Source: Methanobacteriota archaeon
GTDB taxonomy: Archaea; Thermoplasmatota; Thermoplasmata; RBG-16-68-12
NCBI GenBank assembly: GCA_020029475.1
Contig: JAIBJG010000020.1
Coordinates: 18,114-42,113 of the forward strand
Reading direction: 5' to 3'
DNA: 24,000 bases
Each line of letters begins with the position of its first letter. The first letter of the stretch is position 1. Of this stretch, positions 23,583 through 24,000 are shown piece after piece. Made by a program: the position numbers and the translations under genes. The notes under the pieces are model-generated. The model was given only the letters and a program-made list of their open reading frames with translations. It was not told the DNA's origin and ran no database searches.

Positions 23583-24000
23583 TTGAGAGGGTTGGCCGCA
23601 ACATCGTGTCCCGGATGCGGCGCGCCCCTGCAGTGGGTCGCGCAGTACAGTCAATGGTGGTGTGCGAAGGAACAGAAGTACTACCCGCCGGGGGGAGCCC
23701 CAGTGGCCCCGCAAGTCGCGGCACCCGCGCAGACGGCCGCGCCCGCGACGGCCCAGGCGGTCCCCTCCCTCTGGAACCTGAACTTCTACCGGATCCGGAA
23801 GAAGGTGCTCGCGATCACGGGCCAGTACTGGGTCGAGGACCAGGCCGGGACCCACCTCGCGTACAGCAAGCAGAAGCTCCTCCGGCTGAAGGAGGACATC
23901 CGCGTGTACACGGACGAGAGCATGGCGCGGGAGCTGTTCCAGATCCGGCAGACCCAGATCCTCGACATCTGGGGGACGTTCGCGATCGTGGACTCGGCGA
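23583..24000 (+). CDS. Hypothetical protein: N-terminal zinc-ribbon-like motif + Pro/Ala linker + LURP-one/scramblase-like (tubby C-terminal-like) domain; partial, runs off the right edge
   Basis: This ORF is not in the track. My translation reads …SCPGCGAPLQWVAQYSQWWCAKEQKYYPPGGAPVAPQVAAPAQTAAPATAQAVPSLWNLNFYRIRKKVLAITGQYWVEDQAGTHLAYSKQKLLRLKEDIRVYTDESMARELFQIRQTQILDIWGTFAIVDSA. The second half resembles the DUF567/LOR family. The frame opens after a TAA at 23547, and the only start candidates upstream of the Cys motif are TTG 23583 and TTG 23592, so the start is uncertain. Confidence 0.5.
   Translation, partial: MRGLAATSCPGCGAPLQWVAQYSQWWCAKEQKYYPPGGAPVAPQVAAPAQTAAPATAQAVPSLWNLNFYRIRKKVLAITGQYWVEDQAGTHLAYSKQKLLRLKEDIRVYTDESMARELFQIRQTQILDIWGTFAIVDSA

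Noticed and set aside
23242-23968. Minus-strand ORFs 23242..23724, 23517..23855 and 23786..23968 at the right edge
   Set aside because: They lie opposite a plus-strand frame that encodes a coherent zinc-ribbon + linker + LURP-one/tubby-like domain with a strong G/C third-position bias. The minus-strand translations have no features.

Overview
This is a GC-rich archaeal chromosomal segment. The archaeal call rests on aRF1 with NIKS/GGQ motifs, a ThiD-ThiN fusion, an archaeal-type UMP kinase, and AT-rich TATA-like boxes about 25-32 nt upstream of first-gene start codons, which suggests leaderless mRNAs. Because of the GC content, most long ORFs in the six-frame track are shadow ORFs. I kept only ORFs with recognisable protein features or consistent G/C at third codon positions.

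Gene order:
- GT4 glycosyltransferase (partial, -)
- thiDN (-)
- hypothetical (+)
- pyrH, a membrane/wHTH protein and thpR (-)
- small zinc-ribbon protein (+)
- small basic protein flanked by two copies of a 22-24 bp palindrome (+)
- aRF1 and ArgRS (+)
- an approximately 1160-aa sequon-rich, C-terminally anchored surface protein (-)
- ArsB/NhaD-type permease and pcm (+)
- hypothetical (-)
- an unlisted 57-codon ORF and a double-zinc-ribbon protein (+)
- a long minus-strand block: sufB-sufC-sufD-sufU-sufS, JAMM, rhodanese, then a separately promoted Ubl / E2 / E1 / JAB cluster

The Ubl/E2/E1/JAB cluster is the standout. By eye, its three core proteins resemble the eukaryotic UFM1 / UFC1 / UBA5 triad rather than ubiquitin, SAMP/ThiS/MoaD, Bil or CBASS components. 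The Ubl ends in VG plus a 7-residue tail that would need cleavage. A JAMM metalloprotease with an uncharacterised C-terminal module takes the place of the eukaryotic UfSP cysteine protease. The cluster sits directly downstream of a cysteine desulfurase, JAMM and rhodanese set that has no ThiS/MoaD-type carrier gene of its own.

I found no rRNA, tRNA, CRISPR array or transposase. All homology statements come from my own reading and remembered reference sequences, so they need HMM and structure confirmation.
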